64,000 bases of DNA from Akkermansia sp. (GTDB lineage: Bacteria; Verrucomicrobiota; Verrucomicrobiia; Verrucomicrobiales; Akkermansiaceae), in NCBI GenBank assembly GCA_045634945.1, contig JAZRBG010000038.1, forward strand, positions 178,521 to 242,520, read 5' to 3'. A program made the translations under genes and the position numbers. Shown here in pieces: positions 1 to 11,589 of this stretch. The notes under the pieces were generated by a model. That model did no database searches, was not told the DNA's origin, and worked only from the letters and a program-made list of their open reading frames with translations. Positions within the stretch are counted from its first letter, which is position 1, and each line of letters starts with the position of its first letter.

Positions 1-1719
1 TCGACTCACACGGCAGAACCGCTGAACGCAGCCGTATCCGTGCAGGCGCAGCCCCCTGCTCCTTATCCTCAAGATTTTGAGCAACGATTGGCACGCATGA
101 GCTCCATGAAGATTGAGCTGCATGCAGATTCAGACGCTCCCCAAAATATACCGTGGGAAACGGCTGATAAATTCCCCGAAATCGGCACCCCCCTTGCAAC
201 AAAGGGGGGTACCCTGAGGCTGAGCAACGTGGGGCCTTTTCCTGCCAATTTTTTGGCATTCGGCAGCCCGTCTCCGCAGTTTTTCCATTATAATCTTTTT
301 GAACGCATTGATGTACCGCTGGTAAGAGAGCATCCCGATACAGGGCAACCGATACCCGGGCTGGCAGAATACCGAGCTCTGCACAAGGGCATGTTGTGGT
401 TCAAACTGAATCCCGCAGTCAGATACTCCAACGGGCGCCCCTTGAGAGCTGCTGATTTTGCCTTGGGGGTATACCTCAGAGAACAAGTGGGGGATATTAC
501 CGCAGGACATCTTATCGAAGAGCTGCATGCATACGGCGATGGTATTCTAGCCGTTAAGCCGCGCAAGTCAAGGGTATTGCCCTTCATAACGGCCTCTGCG
601 GTACTTCACCCGGCAGAGCCCGGTTTTTACGCAGAGTTCGGCAGCGATTACCAACAACGCTATCAAAACCGCATACCTCCCACAACAGGTGCTTACACCG
701 TGGGCAAAGTACAGAGGGGGAGGCTTATCACCTTGGTTCGCAATGATTCTTGGTGGGCTGAAGAGCTTGACGGATTTCGTTACACCTGCAATGCAGATTG
801 CATTGAGCACCACTTTCTGACGGATGAAGCGCAAGCATGGGAGATGTTTTTGCGTGGGAAGCTTGATACCTTGCAAACCCGCAACATTGTGGCATGGCAA
901 GAATATCTCAACAATGCAGATGAACGCATCGTTCAGCAACGCTTTGAGGTCATTCAGCCCATGCCGCCGTACGGCATAGCCTTGAATGCCTCTGCCCTGA
1001 CAGACCTGAACCTGCGCCGCGGACTGCTGCAAGCCATGGATATGCAGCACGCCATGCAAATTATCTTCCGCGGGGAAGCCGAGCGTTTGCCGCAATTTAC
1101 CTGCGGTTACAGGTACCTCAACCACAGCATACCTCAGTATCAATATAATCCTGAGCAAGCCCGAAGCTACTTTGCCGCAGCAGGTTACACCATCGCGGGG
1201 GCAGATGGCATTTTACAACGCCCCGATGGCACGCGCCTGAGCATCCGTTTGGCCTATACTCCTAACGAAAAAGTCAACACCTTGGTCACGCTTTTAGCGC
1301 AAAGTGCTGCTGCATGTGGGGCTGAGATTGTAGCGGAGCCCTTGCCGTGGCAAAATTGTGCAGAGCTTGTCAAAAAGAAGCAGCATCACATGCTCTTTTG
1401 GGCAACCATGCACGCTTGCCCCTTGCCTGATTACAGGCGTTTCTTTCATTCTGCGGCACAGGGAGAAGATGCACCGTTTTGCCTTGCAGATGAGCAAATG
1501 GATGCCGCCATTGAGCGATGCGAGCAGGCACAGGATATCACAAGCGCAGCAAAAGCATGTGCAGACATAGATAAACTCATCTATGAGTCAGCCATTTGGT
1601 TGCCGGGGTGGATGGAGAACCGCGTCAACATTGCCCATTGGCCACACGTGCATTTTCCGCAAGGAGCCTATACAACTTATGATTTGGTAGAATCTCATAC
1701 GTATTGGATCAGCAACTGA
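1..1719 (+). CDS. ABC-transporter substrate-binding protein, family 5 (oligopeptide/YejA-like), 5'-truncated by the window edge
   Basis: The frame is open from nt 1, so the listed ORF 40..1719 starts at an internal GTG. The layout resembles SBP family 5 (GGTLRL..., TTGAYTV..RGRLITLVRNDSWW). The N-terminus and signal peptide are off-window. Confidence 0.6.
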   Translation, partial: STHTAEPLNAAVSVQAQPPAPYPQDFEQRLARMSSMKIELHADSDAPQNIPWETADKFPEIGTPLATKGGTLRLSNVGPFPANFLAFGSPSPQFFHYNLFERIDVPLVREHPDTGQPIPGLAEYRALHKGMLWFKLNPAVRYSNGRPLRAADFALGVYLREQVGDITAGHLIEELHAYGDGILAVKPRKSRVLPFITASAVLHPAEPGFYAEFGSDYQQRYQNRIPPTTGAYTVGKVQRGRLITLVRNDSWWAEELDGFRYTCNADCIEHHFLTDEAQAWEMFLRGKLDTLQTRNIVAWQEYLNNADERIVQQRFEVIQPMPPYGIALNASALTDLNLRRGLLQAMDMQHAMQIIFRGEAERLPQFTCGYRYLNHSIPQYQYNPEQARSYFAAAGYTIAGADGILQRPDGTRLSIRLAYTPNEKVNTLVTLLAQSAAACGAEIVAEPLPWQNCAELVKKKQHHMLFWATMHACPLPDYRRFFHSAAQGEDAPFCLADEQMDAAIERCEQAQDITSAAKACADIDKLIYESAIWLPGWMENRVNIAHWPHVHFPQGAYTTYDLVESHTYWISN

Positions 1720-1723
1720 CGGT

Positions 1724-2422
1724 ATGGCTCTGCATGTACGCCACAACCTCCTGCCACCGCCGACTCGCCGCATTTTCTTCAGCGTGTCGGCAGTGGCATG
1801 CTTGTGCGCAGCGGCTATCATGGCAGCACAATCACCTATACACAGGGAGTCCGGCGGCACGCCATCTTCACCCTTGCAAATTGTTACGCAGACGCAACAA
1901 CGGGAAACAACGGAGACCATCCGAGTTGAGCCACCGCTGATACCTGACGAAAAAGCCCCGCAATCATTTTATCTTATAGATACCACACCCTTGTTCCCAC
2001 CGGTTGACAACGCCCCGCAACCGGATATTGCAGAACTTGCCGATGAATCCGCCCCTCTCATTACGGCAGATTTGACAGAAACATACGAAGAAACGGCACC
2101 CCTTTCACCAAAAAATTCTCCCCATAAAAGCGCACAAAGTGAAGAGACCGCTTATACCCCGCCTCAATATGCGGCCACACCTCAGCCGCCTTACCCCAAA
2201 GATTTGCAACGCCGCCGCATCTCGGGCACGGTGCGCGTACGCATACACATCAACGCGCTGGGAGCCCCAACATCGGTAGAGATTCTTTCCTCCACCCACC
2301 CGTCATTCTCTCAAGCAGCCAAACAGGCCATTCTATCTTCATGGCGTTTTACACCTGCTGCATCTGCGGGCACTCCGGTGGCGGCAAGTATCACCACAAA
2401 TATCAACTTCACCCTGCACTGA
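1724..2422 (+). CDS. TonB-family energy transducer
   Basis: N-terminal TM segment, a Pro-rich spacer, and a C-terminal TonB_C-like block (YPKDLQRRRISGTVRVRIHINALG ... WRFTPA). Confidence 0.8.
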   Translation: MALHVRHNLLPPPTRRIFFSVSAVACLCAAAIMAAQSPIHRESGGTPSSPLQIVTQTQQRETTETIRVEPPLIPDEKAPQSFYLIDTTPLFPPVDNAPQPDIAELADESAPLITADLTETYEETAPLSPKNSPHKSAQSEETAYTPPQYAATPQPPYPKDLQRRRISGTVRVRIHINALGAPTSVEILSSTHPSFSQAAKQAILSSWRFTPAASAGTPVAASITTNINFTLH

Positions 2423-2488
2423 AACAATTTCCCTCACAAATTTATTTGTTTTTTTGCCACATATCTCTACTTAACACGAAATTGAAGC

Positions 2489-2517
2489 TTGACGGCAGGC
2501 GAAGTGCGTGATAGATT
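2489..2517 (+). promoter_or_regulatory. Putative sigma70-type promoter of the atp operon (TTGACG-17-TAGATT)
   Basis: The hexamers were read directly from the sequence. The -10 ends 12 nt before ATG 2530. Confidence 0.5.
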
Positions 2518-2529
2518 GTGAAGTGCAAC

Positions 2530-3387
2530 ATGAAACTTTTTGTACAAAAGCTTACAGCCGCAGCAATGATGCTGGGAGGAGTAGCATGCGCATCTGAACA
2601 TGGCCATGCAGGGTTGACGAGTGATGCCCCCATTATCTGGGACATGCCGATATGGCCGGGTTATACGCTGCCGGTATCAAACTCCATGATAATGTTTGCC
2701 ATAGCCATTATCATCATCACAATCTTATTGCGCCTTGCTTCCCGTAACATGCAGAGAATCCCGAGCGGAGTGCAAAACTTTGTAGAATGGGTGTTTGAGC
2801 TGCTGTACAACTTTGTGGAAGGTCTTACAGGCAAAAAACTTGCCAAGAAATATTTCTGGTACTTCGCCACGGTATTCCTGTTCATTTTGGTAAGCAACTA
2901 CTTGGGCTTGCTCCCCGGCGTGGGCTCCATCACCTATGATGGCCAACCCATATTCCGCGGTGCCAACGCAGATTTCAACGTCACTATCTTCCTTGGCTTC
3001 TCCTACGCCATTCTTTGGTTCATTTGGGTTATGAAAGACCAAGGGCCGTGGCACTTCATCACCCACACATTCGGCCCCAAAGGCGGCCTTACCGGATTCC
3101 TCAAATACGCATTGCTGCCTATTTTCTTCTTTGTAGGTCTCATTGAAATTCTTTCCATCTGCGTGCGCCCCGTAGCACTGGCAGCACGTTTGTTCGGTAA
3201 CATTTTTGCAGGTGAATCCATCCTTGAACAGATGGGCGCCATCGGCTGGTTTGCCATGCTGCCCTTCATGTTCTTGGAAATCATTGTAGGTTTCGTACAG
3301 GCATTGGTATTCCTGATGCTTACGGCCATCTTCCTCAAAACCCAGCTGGGCGGCGATGAAGATGAAGAAGGAGAATCCGCTCACTGA
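2530..3387 (+). CDS. atpB: F0F1 ATP synthase subunit a
   Basis: Carries the subunit-a hallmark RPVALAARLFGNIFAGE and multiple TM helices. I moved the start to ATG 2530 because the listed GTG 2518 abuts the predicted -10 box. Confidence 0.9.
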   Translation: MKLFVQKLTAAAMMLGGVACASEHGHAGLTSDAPIIWDMPIWPGYTLPVSNSMIMFAIAIIIITILLRLASRNMQRIPSGVQNFVEWVFELLYNFVEGLTGKKLAKKYFWYFATVFLFILVSNYLGLLPGVGSITYDGQPIFRGANADFNVTIFLGFSYAILWFIWVMKDQGPWHFITHTFGPKGGLTGFLKYALLPIFFFVGLIEILSICVRPVALAARLFGNIFAGESILEQMGAIGWFAMLPFMFLEIIVGFVQALVFLMLTAIFLKTQLGGDEDEEGESAH

Positions 3388-3487
3388 TGCAGAGACACCG
3401 CAAATCCCCCTTCCCGCTGCGCCGAATCATGCAGTAAAGACGTGACGGCAGGCAGAAGACAATAACAACAAACAAAACATTACAACA

Positions 3488-3709
3488 ATGGACATCACAA
3501 CAATCGCAGACGCCGCAGCTTCCGTAGACCTGACCGCTCTCAAGGCCGGTCTCGCCGTGCTCGGTGCCGGTATCGGCATCGGCTGCATCGGTATGAAAGC
3601 CGCTGAATCCACCGGCCGTAACCCCGCCTCTTTCGGTAAGGTTCTGACCATCTCCATTCTTCTTGCCGCTCTTATTGAAGGTGTGGCATTCGTAGCAATC
3701 TTCATGTAA
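3488..3709 (+). CDS. atpE: F0F1 ATP synthase subunit c
   Basis: A 73-aa two-helix proteolipid with a Gly-rich helix 1 (GAGIGIGCIG) and the conserved carboxylate in helix 2 (LIEGVAF). Confidence 0.9.
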   Translation: MDITTIADAAASVDLTALKAGLAVLGAGIGIGCIGMKAAESTGRNPASFGKVLTISILLAALIEGVAFVAIFM

Positions 3710-3794
3710 GATTCAACGGGCTGCGCCGCCGGAGAACGGCGCAGCCCTTTACCCCAAAGATTCTCCCGTCCCCTTTCAACACACAACAGATATT

Positions 3795-4316
3795 ATGTAC
3801 ACTCCGGTACTGGCAAACAAATTAGCGGAATTGGCAGACAAGTTCGGTCTGCATACCGATGTATTCATTGCGCACACCATTGCTTTCACCATTCTGGTGA
3901 TAGTGGTGGTCAAGTTCGGCCTCAAGCCCATCATGCAACAGCTGGAAGAGCGCCGCGCCCGCATTGAAGAAGGCGAGGCTATGCATGCCCGCAGTGAAAA
4001 AGAACTGGCAGAGGTAAAAGCCACCGGTGAAAAGATTTTGGCAGAGGCCCATGCCAGCGGCAAGGAGCAGATTGAGCATGCCCGTGAAACCGCATCCAAG
4101 CTTCAGGCTGAGCTCAGCGAAAAAGCTGCTACGGAGGCACGCACCATCATTGAAAACGCCAAGCAACAGGCAGAAATGGACACGCAGCGCGAGAAAGAGG
4201 CCCTCAAGGGTGAGTTTGCCCGACTGGTGGCTCAAGCCACAGCACAGGTAACGGGCAAGGTACTCAGCGAGGCAGACCACCGCGCCATTAACGCAGAGGC
4301 CATTAAGCAGCTGTAA
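3795..4316 (+). CDS. atpF: F0F1 ATP synthase subunit b
   Basis: A single N-terminal TM helix followed by a long charged coiled coil. It lies between subunits c and delta. Confidence 0.85.
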   Translation: MYTPVLANKLAELADKFGLHTDVFIAHTIAFTILVIVVVKFGLKPIMQQLEERRARIEEGEAMHARSEKELAEVKATGEKILAEAHASGKEQIEHARETASKLQAELSEKAATEARTIIENAKQQAEMDTQREKEALKGEFARLVAQATAQVTGKVLSEADHRAINAEAIKQL

Positions 4317-4346
4317 CTCTGAGCCGCTACAAAACTTTACCTGTAT

Positions 4347-4742
4347 ATGAAAATCACCAAGGAAGCACAGGCTCAGGCGCGTCGCCTCATGAGACTCTGC
4401 ATCGGCCCCGATGGGCTGCTGCAAGAGGATACCGTGCGCCACGTGGCTGCCACCATTGAGAAAGAAAAGCCGCGCAATTATTTAGCCATATTGAGTGCAT
4501 TGGCAGAGTTGGTGCGTTTGGAGGTAGCACGCCACACCGCAACCATCACCAGTGCCCTGCCCCTGACAGATGACGAAAAAGCAAGCATTTGCGCCAAGCT
4601 GAATGCACGCACCGCGGGGTTGCATTATGTATGGCAGGTTGACCCTGAGCTCATCGGCGGCGTTATCGTCAAAGTGGGCGATGACGTAACCGACGCTTCC
4701 ATACGCTCCCGCATTGAGCGACTCTCCAAAATCTCCGTTTAA
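4347..4742 (+). CDS. atpH: F0F1 ATP synthase subunit delta (short form, 131 aa)
   Basis: C-terminal OSCP/delta block ELIGGVIVKVGDDVTDASIRSRIERL. It sits in the expected position between atpF and atpA. Confidence 0.75.
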   Translation: MKITKEAQAQARRLMRLCIGPDGLLQEDTVRHVAATIEKEKPRNYLAILSALAELVRLEVARHTATITSALPLTDDEKASICAKLNARTAGLHYVWQVDPELIGGVIVKVGDDVTDASIRSRIERLSKISV

Positions 4743-4789
4743 CTTAACATCTCTCCATCAACAATTTTCAAAATCACACCATCCGGCAT

Positions 4790-6331
4790 ATGAGTAACAT
4801 CGTACAAGAACTCGAAGCACAAATCAGAAACGCCTCTACCGCGGCGGTCAGCGCCAATGTTGGCACCATTAAAGCCATCGGCGACGGCGTGGCTCGCATT
4901 GAAGGTCTCAGCAACGCCATGCTCAATGAAATGATTGAGTTCCCCGGCGGCGTCATGGGCCTTGCCATGAACTTGGAAGAACACGAGGTAGGCGCCGTGC
5001 TTATCGGCAACGGCAACGGCCTGAAAGAGGGTGACACCTGCAAGACCACAGGCCGCCTGTTGCAGGTACCCGTTGGCCCCGGTCTGCTGGGCCGCGTGGT
5101 AGACACGCTCGGTAACCCGCTGGATGGCAAGGGTCCGATTACGGCTGCCGCATACTATCCGGTTGAAAAGATTGCATCCGGTATTATTTCCCGTCAGGGT
5201 GTGAACCAGCCCGTACAAACCGGTATTCTGCCGATTGACGCCATGATTCCCATCGGCCGCGGTCAGCGTGAGCTTATCATCGGCGACCGCTCCACCGGCA
5301 AGACCGCCATTGCCACTGACACCATGATTTCTCAGGCCCGCCAGAACAAGCTGGCAGAGGAAGGTAAGCTGCCCGGTCACCGCCCCCTTTACAGCATTTA
5401 CGTAGCTATCGGTCAAAAGCGCGCTACCATCTCCCGCTTGGTTGCCAAGCTTGAAGAAAGCGGTGCCATGCCTTACAGCATCATTGTGGTGGCATCTGCC
5501 TCTGACAGTGCCGCCATGCAGTACCTTGCCCCCTATGCCGGTTGCGCCATGGGTGAGTACTTCATGGATCAGGGTCAGGATGCACTGATTGTGTATGATG
5601 ACCTCTCCAAGCACGCCGTAGCCTACCGCCAGGTATCTCTGATTCTGCGCCGCCCCTCCGGCCGTGAGGCATACCCCGGCGACGTATTCTACCTGCACAG
5701 CCGCTTGTTGGAGCGTGCCGCCCGCATCAATGCTGAGGGTGGCCGCAAGGGTGGTTCTCTTACCGCTCTGCCCATCATTGAGACACAGGCCGGTGACGTA
5801 TCTGCTTCCATTCCCACCAACGTGATTTCCATCACCGACGGTCAGATTTTCTTGGATACCGACCTCTTCTATCAGGGCGTACGCCCCGCCATCAACGTGG
5901 GTATCTCCGTAAGCCGCGTAGGCTCCTCTGCCCAGACCAAGATTGTGAAGAAGCTTGCCGGCTCCGTGAAACTGGACCTCGCCCAGTTCGAAGAATTGCA
6001 GGCATTCGCCCAGTTCGGTTCCGACCTCGATGCCAACACCAAGGCCAAGCTGGAGCGCGGTCGCCGCATCGTAGAGCTCTTCAAGCAGGGGCAGTATGAC
6101 CCCAAGAGCCTGAGCATTGAGGTAATTGACCTCTACGCCATCCAGAAGGGCTACCTTGATGACGTAGCCGTAGATGATGTTCAGAAGGTAGTGCGTGAGA
6201 TGGAAGAAGACGCCCGCACCACGCAACCGGAGCTTTTGGCCGCCATTGAGGCTGAAAAGGCACTCACCGACACCATCGATGAGCAGCTCAAGCAGTTCAT
6301 GACTGCATTCAAATCACGCATGACGAAGTAA
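4790..6331 (+). CDS. atpA: F0F1 ATP synthase subunit alpha
   Basis: Walker A GDRSTGKT and full-length alpha-type sequence, 513 aa. Confidence 0.97.
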   Translation: MSNIVQELEAQIRNASTAAVSANVGTIKAIGDGVARIEGLSNAMLNEMIEFPGGVMGLAMNLEEHEVGAVLIGNGNGLKEGDTCKTTGRLLQVPVGPGLLGRVVDTLGNPLDGKGPITAAAYYPVEKIASGIISRQGVNQPVQTGILPIDAMIPIGRGQRELIIGDRSTGKTAIATDTMISQARQNKLAEEGKLPGHRPLYSIYVAIGQKRATISRLVAKLEESGAMPYSIIVVASASDSAAMQYLAPYAGCAMGEYFMDQGQDALIVYDDLSKHAVAYRQVSLILRRPSGREAYPGDVFYLHSRLLERAARINAEGGRKGGSLTALPIIETQAGDVSASIPTNVISITDGQIFLDTDLFYQGVRPAINVGISVSRVGSSAQTKIVKKLAGSVKLDLAQFEELQAFAQFGSDLDANTKAKLERGRRIVELFKQGQYDPKSLSIEVIDLYAIQKGYLDDVAVDDVQKVVREMEEDARTTQPELLAAIEAEKALTDTIDEQLKQFMTAFKSRMTK

Positions 6332-6340
6332 TCCCCCACC

Positions 6341-7210
6341 ATGGCTAGTCTCAGAGACATTAAACGCCGCATTAAGTCGGTACGCAACACATCGCAAATC
6401 ACCAAGGCGATGCAGATGGTTGCGTCCGCAAAAATGCGGCGTGCCCAAGAGCTGGCCCTCAAGGGACGCACCTACATGAGTGCCCTTGCCAATGTGTTGA
6501 AGCATTTGCAGGACACTCTGACGGACGGCGCGGTCTCCCCCTTGATGGAGCAGCGGGAAAAGGGCAAGAAACTCATCATTGTGGTGAGTACGGATCGCGG
6601 CTTGTGCGGCGGTTTGAACGCCAACCTCTTCAAAGAGGTACTGCAAAAGTGTGATGCCGATGCCGACTATATCACCGTGGGCGTCAAACTCAACGCGCAG
6701 TTGGCCCGTTTCGGTCGCAACTTGGTAGCCACGTTCTCCATTGGTGACACCGTGGAGGAGGCAGAGCTGAAACCCATCTTCCAGCTTGTGCGCAAGGGAT
6801 TCACGGATGGCACTTACAATTGCGTAGAGGTCATTTACCAGAAGTTCGTCAACGTCATGGTGCAACGCCCCGAGTTGATGAAGCTGCTGCCGCTTTCTCA
6901 GGAAGATTTGATAAAAGTAGCAGCACAAGATGACATTGAAGACGAGGATAACGCCAACTTCTTGTTGGAGCCGGATCCCAAGAGCTTGCTCAATGCCATA
7001 CTGCCGCTCTACTTCGGGCACCAGCTCGTACAAATGATTCTGGAAGGCAAAGCCAGTGAGCAGTCTGCCCGCATGGTAGCCATGAAGTCCGCTACCGAGA
7101 ACGCCAAGACACTCATCGGCGAGCTTACGCTGGAATACAACAAGGCACGCCAAACCCAGATTACAAACGAGCTTCTCGAAATCACCACCGCCATGAAAGC
7201 CATGGAGTAA
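6341..7210 (+). CDS. atpG: F0F1 ATP synthase subunit gamma
   Basis: N-terminal LRDIKRRIKSVRNTSQITKAMQMVASAK helix and C-terminal QITNELLEI helix. Confidence 0.95.
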   Translation: MASLRDIKRRIKSVRNTSQITKAMQMVASAKMRRAQELALKGRTYMSALANVLKHLQDTLTDGAVSPLMEQREKGKKLIIVVSTDRGLCGGLNANLFKEVLQKCDADADYITVGVKLNAQLARFGRNLVATFSIGDTVEEAELKPIFQLVRKGFTDGTYNCVEVIYQKFVNVMVQRPELMKLLPLSQEDLIKVAAQDDIEDEDNANFLLEPDPKSLLNAILPLYFGHQLVQMILEGKASEQSARMVAMKSATENAKTLIGELTLEYNKARQTQITNELLEITTAMKAME

Positions 7211-7243
7211 CCCCCTTCTCTTATTAACAATTTTCAAAAATAA

Positions 7244-8665
<1,422 letters not shown>

Positions 8666-8671
8666 TAAACC

Positions 8672-9088
8672 ATGGCCCTGCACCTCAAAATCATCACCCC
8701 CATGCGCACCGCGGTTGATACCGAGGTAGCAAGCGTCCTTGTACCCTCCGTACAGGGCGAGATGGAGGTATTACCCGGCCACGCCGACATCATTGCGGCC
8801 ATGGATAACGGGGAACTCACCTACCGTCCCGTTGATGGCACCACGCAAAGCGTGTTCATAGGCGGTGGGTTCTTGCAGGTAGACGGCGAGCAAGTTCTGC
8901 TTGTAACCGATACCGTGCTGGAGGCTCACGAGATTGACACCTCCTCCGTTGAGGAAGCCGTTGCCAAGGCTCAGGAGGCCTACCGCAACCAAGCATCCGT
9001 TCTTTCTCGTGAAGAATCCACACACTTGGCAGCCGGCATTGCCCGCCAGCTGGCCATGCTGGAATACCGACGCAAGAAGCACCTGTAA
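8672..9088 (+). CDS. atpC: F0F1 ATP synthase subunit epsilon
   Basis: 138 aa with a beta-sandwich plus helical hairpin pattern. It is the last gene of the operon. Confidence 0.9.
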   Translation: MALHLKIITPMRTAVDTEVASVLVPSVQGEMEVLPGHADIIAAMDNGELTYRPVDGTTQSVFIGGGFLQVDGEQVLLVTDTVLEAHEIDTSSVEEAVAKAQEAYRNQASVLSREESTHLAAGIARQLAMLEYRRKKHL

Positions 9089-9112
9089 GATTTCTACTTA
9101 CGCAGTAAAGCA

Positions 9113-9147
9113 AACGGAGCAGGAATTGATACCTGCTCCGTTTTTTA
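9113..9147. terminator. Bidirectional rho-independent terminator between atpC and the convergent gene
   Basis: Stem ACGGAGCAGG / CCTGCTCCGT with a T-run on the plus strand and an A-run upstream. Confidence 0.7.
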
Positions 9148-9172
9148 TTAAAGGTAAAAGTAAAGAATTAAA

Positions 9173-9655
9173 TTACATCATCATGCGCAAGGCCTCTTTC
9201 AAGTCCTCACTACCGTAGAAATCATGCTCCATCAGGGATTTAGCCGCAGCTTTTTTGCGCGGCCCCAAGGCAGCGGATTCCTGAAGCAATTTGCGAGTAA
9301 GACGATTTCTGGTATCGGCATCACAATGCTCAAGTTTTTTATAATCGGGGCGCAATTCCTCTACGCGCCCGATGAGAAAGAACAGCTCTTCCGCAGCAGC
9401 ATCGGCAGCTTTGCGATCCGTAGCACTCTCCAACAATTCCACGATACGCACCTGAATCTTGCATAATTCGTCATAGGCAGCCTCAACCTTTGCAACATCT
9501 ACACCATCTGCGGGATATTCTGAAAGTGAGGGCAAAATCTCACCGACTCCGGCGGCTGAGACTACGGAAACAGAACAACATGCGCCCAGTAATAATGATT
9601 TAATTGCCGTATGCATGGGCAATACTGTACCACAAAGCAGGAATTTGTCAAACAT
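9173..9655 (-). CDS. Hypothetical secreted helical protein
   Basis: Signal-peptide-like N-terminus (SLLLGACCSVSVVSA). Its ATG overlaps the recQ stop (TAATG), suggesting translational coupling. An alternative start is at 9616. Confidence 0.5.
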   Translation of the reverse strand: MFDKFLLCGTVLPMHTAIKSLLLGACCSVSVVSAAGVGEILPSLSEYPADGVDVAKVEAAYDELCKIQVRIVELLESATDRKAADAAAEELFFLIGRVEELRPDYKKLEHCDADTRNRLTRKLLQESAALGPRKKAAAKSLMEHDFYGSEDLKEALRMMM

Positions 9656-11502
9656 TATAAATTATTCCACGGGGTACCATGGGCTACCCCATAATGCTCA
9701 TGAGCCCATAAGCGGCGCGCCATCAAACCCGGAGAAGCAAGCCCCAGCAGGAAACGCTTGCGCTGATTTGCTCTGAACAGCTCCGGCAATACGGAATCCG
9801 GCGGCAAAGGAGGCGGCGCAGGAGCCACGGGCAATTCAGGGCACTTTCCGCAACAGGCGGAGCAATGGCCGCACGGGGACATGGTAGCCCCCGTAAAATA
9901 CGACTCCAATGCAGCATTGATACACGGTGCCTGACAAAGCATCTCACTAAGTGTGTGGTAGCGGGCAAGGTCTGCATCTCTTCGGCGTGCATAAGCATCA
10001 GAAAGTTCATGAGCCAATGCGCGCGCATCGGCTGGTGAGACAGAGCGCAAATACAGTGCTTGCCGGCGGAACGTCAGCTTCCATTCACATGAGGCCTCAC
10101 ACTCGCGCAGCTGCTCCATAGCCTCGGTATAAGAGCAATCCCAAGCGGCGGCGGCATCTTCTACCTCTCCCTCGGGATTATCATTCAGCCATTTCAAGCG
10201 GGCGGATTCAGCGGCATCTCGCCCCTCCAGAATAGTAGCAAGCGGAAACAAGGGTTTTACCTTGTATAACTGATAACCACGGTCCACCGTATGAACGGCC
10301 CCCATCTTATCCAAACGCCACAGGGCACGCATGGCCACATCATCCGGCACATCGCAACTCGTTCCCAGCTCCCACAATGATACGGCACTCGCGCCATGAG
10401 GCATCAGCCAGCGCACGGCACGCTGTACCCCCTCTTCATCCGGTTCTGCGGCATAAATGCGGTTTTCGGCATCAATACGGCCGGCCTCACTTACCAGTAC
10501 AAGAGAACGGCAGGGCTTACCGTCTCTGCCGCCGCGACCGGACTCTTGCAGGTAAGCCTCGGGCGATGTAGGCTCATCATAATGAATAACGGAGCGAATG
10601 TCCGGCTTATCAATTCCCATACCGAATGCAATGGTAGCCACCAGAACATCCCGTCTGTTATGTAAAAAATCATCTTGCAGAGCCTCGCGGGTCTCGGTTT
10701 TCATGCCGGCATGGTACCCTACGGCGTTGAATCCATGCTGCTGCAAAAGGGCAGCAACTTCCTCCGTTCCTTTGCGCGTACGGGTATATACCACGGCGGG
10801 TCTATTCTCAGGCTGAGCTAAAAATCGGCATATGTAAGCCAATTTATCTTCTGCCCCCACAACCTCCCGCACAATATTGGGGCGGTACGGAGAAATAGCA
10901 AAAACATCTGCAAGGTCAATGCCGAAAAGCTCACACAAATCTTGTTGCACACGCTGCGTGGCAGTGGCGGTAATAGCCATGGCACAGCGGAATCCCATAC
11001 TACGGTACAAATCCGGCAGTTTCAGATAATCGGGGCGAAAACTATGCCCCCATTCTGACACGCAGTGCGCTTCATCCACCACAAACAACATGCGCTCCGC
11101 AACCGCGAGAGCCTGCTGCAAGTCTTGATTTTCCAATGACTCCGGCGCAACAAAAAGCAAGCGTATTCTCCCGGCGGACAATGATGCCAGCAGGGCAGCT
11201 TTTTGCTCCGGCTCCAGTGTAGAATCAAAACGCTCTGCGGCAATGCCCAGCTTCTGCAAGCTCTGCACTTGGTCTCGCATCAGGGCAATAAGCGGAGACA
11301 CCACAACGGAGGTACCCCCCAACAGCACGGCAGCGGCCTGATAACACAAGCTTTTACCATGTCCCGTAGGCAATACCCCCAAGGCATTACGCCCCGCAAG
11401 CGCAGCTGCAATCAGTTCTCGTTGGCCGGAGCGCAACTGCGTTTTGCCGAACAACTGCAAGATTTGACTCTCCAGAGACTCACTGAAACACACCTCATTC
11501 AT
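9655..11502 (-). CDS. recQ: RecQ-family ATP-dependent DNA helicase
   Basis: DEAH box VVDEAHCVSEWGHSFRPDY, helicase motifs, and a C-terminal Cys cluster (CGHCSACCGKC). I use ATG 11502; the listed start is a TTG one codon upstream. Confidence 0.9.
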   Translation of the reverse strand: MNEVCFSESLESQILQLFGKTQLRSGQRELIAAALAGRNALGVLPTGHGKSLCYQAAAVLLGGTSVVVSPLIALMRDQVQSLQKLGIAAERFDSTLEPEQKAALLASLSAGRIRLLFVAPESLENQDLQQALAVAERMLFVVDEAHCVSEWGHSFRPDYLKLPDLYRSMGFRCAMAITATATQRVQQDLCELFGIDLADVFAISPYRPNIVREVVGAEDKLAYICRFLAQPENRPAVVYTRTRKGTEEVAALLQQHGFNAVGYHAGMKTETREALQDDFLHNRRDVLVATIAFGMGIDKPDIRSVIHYDEPTSPEAYLQESGRGGRDGKPCRSLVLVSEAGRIDAENRIYAAEPDEEGVQRAVRWLMPHGASAVSLWELGTSCDVPDDVAMRALWRLDKMGAVHTVDRGYQLYKVKPLFPLATILEGRDAAESARLKWLNDNPEGEVEDAAAAWDCSYTEAMEQLRECEASCEWKLTFRRQALYLRSVSPADARALAHELSDAYARRRDADLARYHTLSEMLCQAPCINAALESYFTGATMSPCGHCSACCGKCPELPVAPAPPPLPPDSVLPELFRANQRKRFLLGLASPGLMARRLWAHEHYGVAHGTPWNNL

Positions 11503-11551
11503 CAACGCCGCCCATCATGCCTTACTCACAGCGCAAAGTCAACCTTTTTGC

Positions 11552-11580
11552 TTGCAATTTACGGCATTTCAGGGTAGACT
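11552..11580 (+). promoter_or_regulatory. Putative promoter TTGCAA-17-TAGACT
   Basis: The -10 ends 9 nt before ATG 11590, implying a near-leaderless transcript. Confidence 0.5.
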
Positions 11581-11589
11581 GCTTGCAGC

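Noticed and set aside
2518-2529. 5' extensions of listed ORFs (2518 atpB, 15158, 18332, 20010, 24825, 30301, 31791, 40746, 52158, 60204).
   Set aside because: The extensions run through predicted -35/-10 hexamers or overlap the upstream gene. Downstream ATGs give sensible N-termini (signal peptides or conserved family starts).
4739-6226. A 495-aa minus-strand ORF opposite atpA, and similar long antisense ORFs at 6314..7603, 12991..13974, 15816..17954, 18497..19276, 22844..23860, 23995..24873, 26823..27995, 33500..35365, 35584..37350, 41582..42667, 52197..54023, 56238..57683, 60678..61361 and 62831..63445.
   Set aside because: Each lies antisense to a gene with strong, recognisable homology. 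Their translations are low-complexity (Gly/Ala/Val/His-rich) and show no recognisable domains. They are typical shadow ORFs of GC-rich coding sequence.
9173-9655. Possible paralogy between the helical secreted protein at 9173..9655 and the lipoprotein at 54439..54852.
   Set aside because: The two share only compositional similarity (Ala/Glu/Lys-rich helices). I could not establish a convincing collinear motif by eye.
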